From the IMG/VR virus record IMGVR_UViG_2695420804_000018: a stretch of 11,055 nucleotides of DNA; one strand, given 5' to 3'. Origin of the DNA: a virus. Taxonomy: Duplodnaviria; Heunggongvirae; Uroviricota; Caudoviricetes. Of this stretch, positions 9,521 to 11,055 are shown piece after piece. How positions within the stretch are numbered: the first letter of the stretch is position 1; each line of letters starts with the position of its first letter. The position numbers and the translations under genes are program-made. The notes below the pieces were generated by a model, which saw nothing but the letters and a program-made list of their open reading frames with translations, ran no database searches and was not told the origin of the DNA.

Positions 9521-10122
9521 TAAGTAAAGCTGTATTAAATAATGAACTCATCGCCACAAAGGCCGGAGACATTACCGTTTATAATTATGATGGTGAAACA
9601 CGGGAATATATTTCCACATCAACTGAATATCTTGCTGTGGGTGTTGGTATCCCGGCATGTTCCTGTTTAGATGCTCCTGGCTCATATAAAGCTGGTTATG
9701 CAATTTGCCGTTCTGCAGATTTTAACTCATGGGAATATGTGCCAGACCATCGCGGTGAAATCGTCTATAGCACCGAAACAGGAGAATCAAAAGAAATCAC
9801 ACTTCCGGGTGATTACCCTGAAAATACAACCACTATCGCCCCGTTAACGTCATACGATAAATGGGATGGTGAGAAATGGGTGACCGATACTGAGGCACAG
9901 CATAACGCCGCAGTAGACGCGGCAGAAGTACGGCGCCAGTCACTGATTGATGCTGCTATGGCTTCCATTAGTCTGATTCAGCTGAAATTGCAGGCCGGGC
10001 GGAAGCTGACGCAGGCAGAAACAACCCGGCTTAACGCTGTGCTGGATTACATTGACGCGGTGACTGCAACAGATACCAGCACCGCGCCGGATGTCATCTG
10101 GCCTGAACTACCGGAGGCGTAG
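9517..10122 (+). CDS. tail-fibre assembly protein U, full length, 201 aa
   Basis: [27 protein letters not shown]...; C-terminal Tfa motif LDYIDAVTATDTSTAPDVIWPELPE; start overlaps the Sv stop (ATGA); 3' end overlaps convergent U' by 29 bp. Confidence 0.9.
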   Translation: MISKAVLNNELIATKAGDITVYNYDGETREYISTSTEYLAVGVGIPACSCLDAPGSYKAGYAICRSADFNSWEYVPDHRGEIVYSTETGESKEITLPGDYPENTTTIAPLTSYDKWDGEKWVTDTEAQHNAAVDAAEVRRQSLIDAAMASISLIQLKLQAGRKLTQAETTRLNAVLDYIDAVTATDTSTAPDVIWPELPEA

Positions 10123-10979
10123 GCCATTCAATATCTGGAGCACTGGAGGTATCAACCAGTTCCAGTGCGTCCAGATAATCCAGCCATAAATTATATTGTT
10201 CCAGCTCGTAACCTTTCAGACGACCAATAGCAGCTTTGCCAGGCCACTGATGGGTATTGATGTAGGTATTGACTTCTGAAACCAAAGATATCTTTTTCAT
10301 TTCAGCCGCCAGCATCTCATCCTCTTTTGAAGGCGGCGGGGAATTAATCCATATTGGCCGTCCTGAACTGTCAGCGCCAATTTCTTTCCCTTCTGGATGC
10401 AGCCCAAGAAATTGCTCATATGTTTCTCTGGTAATTTCAATAACATCATCAGGAAGCGTTCCCGCATCCTCATATTCTGGAAACAATTCTTGCAGATAAA
10501 AACTTTTACTTGCGGGTGAAAAGAATACTGAGTTCATTCTTACCGTCCAATGATTAACGCTGAGACGCTGGTATCTGAAGGAAAGGCTGCATTCAGTGGT
10601 TTGTCGACTTTGAACACAATCGTATTATTCCCCCTGACAGCGGCAAAAGAACAAACCGCCGTCGCGTATGAACCTGTAATATTACTGGATACACCACCAT
10701 AAGCTGTTGTTGATACCAGAGGGATAACGCCCAGCACCTTATTAGGAAATACAAAGGGCAATGTGGCTGTGGCAATATAAGACTTATTAGAACCTGTAAT
10801 GGCATAAGCATTATCAGTCATTCCATTCATCGCCACTGGACCGCTTATACTTACAGTAACCATCTGAATGATTAGCCCGTCAGGTTGACGAATCACAAAA
10901 TTTCCATTGCCACCAGTAACCGTCCAGAAAGACATATCAGGGATTTGGTTTTCCCCGTTGCCCACATTTCGTTTTGCCG
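9816..10979. repeat. right arm of the 1164-bp inverted repeat
   Basis: Reverse complement of 7492-8655. Confidence 0.85.
10094..10537 (-). CDS. tail-fibre assembly protein U', 147 aa
   Basis: Reverse-complement copy of 7934-8377; lies downstream of the - strand tail-fibre gene. Confidence 0.88.
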   Translation of the reverse strand: MNSVFFSPASKSFYLQELFPEYEDAGTLPDDVIEITRETYEQFLGLHPEGKEIGADSSGRPIWINSPPPSKEDEMLAAEMKKISLVSEVNTYINTHQWPGKAAIGRLKGYELEQYNLWLDYLDALELVDTSSAPDIEWPTPPVVQAR

Positions 10980-11055
10980 CTTCTCCCAAACCAAGGTTTT
11001 CGAGAGCCGTTTTCACCGTGCCATCAGATTTGATATCGCCAAACGGATTCTTGCG
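10540..11055 (-). CDS. phage tail-fibre protein (Sc + Sv'), 5' end beyond the window edge
   Basis: C-terminal Sv' cassette joined through a crossover site to the same constant-region sequence as 5789-5864 (...[21 protein letters not shown]); the ATG at 11016 in the ORF track is internal. Confidence 0.85.
   Translation of the reverse strand, partial: RKNPFGDIKSDGTVKTALENLGLGEAAKRNVGNGENQIPDMSFWTVTGGNGNFVIRQPDGLIIQMVTVSISGPVAMNGMTDNAYAITGSNKSYIATATLPFVFPNKVLGVIPLVSTTAYGGVSSNITGSYATAVCSFAAVRGNNTIVFKVDKPLNAAFPSDTSVSALIIGR
10981..11006. other. hix/gix-like crossover site in inverted orientation (Sc/Sv' junction of the - strand gene)
   Basis: TTCTCCCAAACC-AA-GGTTTTCGAGAG, the exact reverse complement of the site at 5838-5863. 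Confidence 0.75.

Overview
The window runs from a conserved enterobacterial core locus into a heavily rearranged prophage-type accessory region. Core part: smpB (1-483) and the 363-nt tmRNA gene ssrA (698-1060), which I recognise by sequence as E. coli-like, followed by a hairpin/T-tract terminator. Accessory part, in order: (i) an AT-rich cassette of two uncharacterised genes (1270-2301 and 2353-2697, + strand) that I could not assign to any family; (ii) three copies, two complete and one partial, of a 'pin module' carrying a Gin/Hin/Pin/Cin-family serine DNA invertase gene, a hix/gix-like 26-bp crossover site and a small ORF downstream of the invertase; (iii) a nearly complete IS3-family (IS911-like) element with orfA, an A-AAA-AAG frameshift motif and a 3'-truncated orfB, which itself truncates a Mu gp48/YmfQ-like tail gene; (iv) a tail-fibre phase-variation locus with two convergent tail-fibre genes sharing an identical constant N-terminal region, two alternative variable C-terminal cassettes (Sv, Sv') and two tail-fibre assembly genes (U, U'), duplicated in direct and inverted orientation with 100% identity, plus an in-frame invertase::assembly-protein chimera. 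All five crossover sites sit exactly at the constant/variable junctions. The most likely candidate for an undescribed system is the two-gene cassette, which lies between the att-proximal island edge and the invertase, the position occupied by mcrA in the e14 element. The second item of interest is the multi-copy invertase/tail-fibre architecture, which may be a real multi-state shufflon or may reflect assembly of a population mixed for inversion isomers. Everything here is by eye and from memory; no BLAST, HMM or folding was run, and coordinates of sites and junctions may be off by 1-2 nt.
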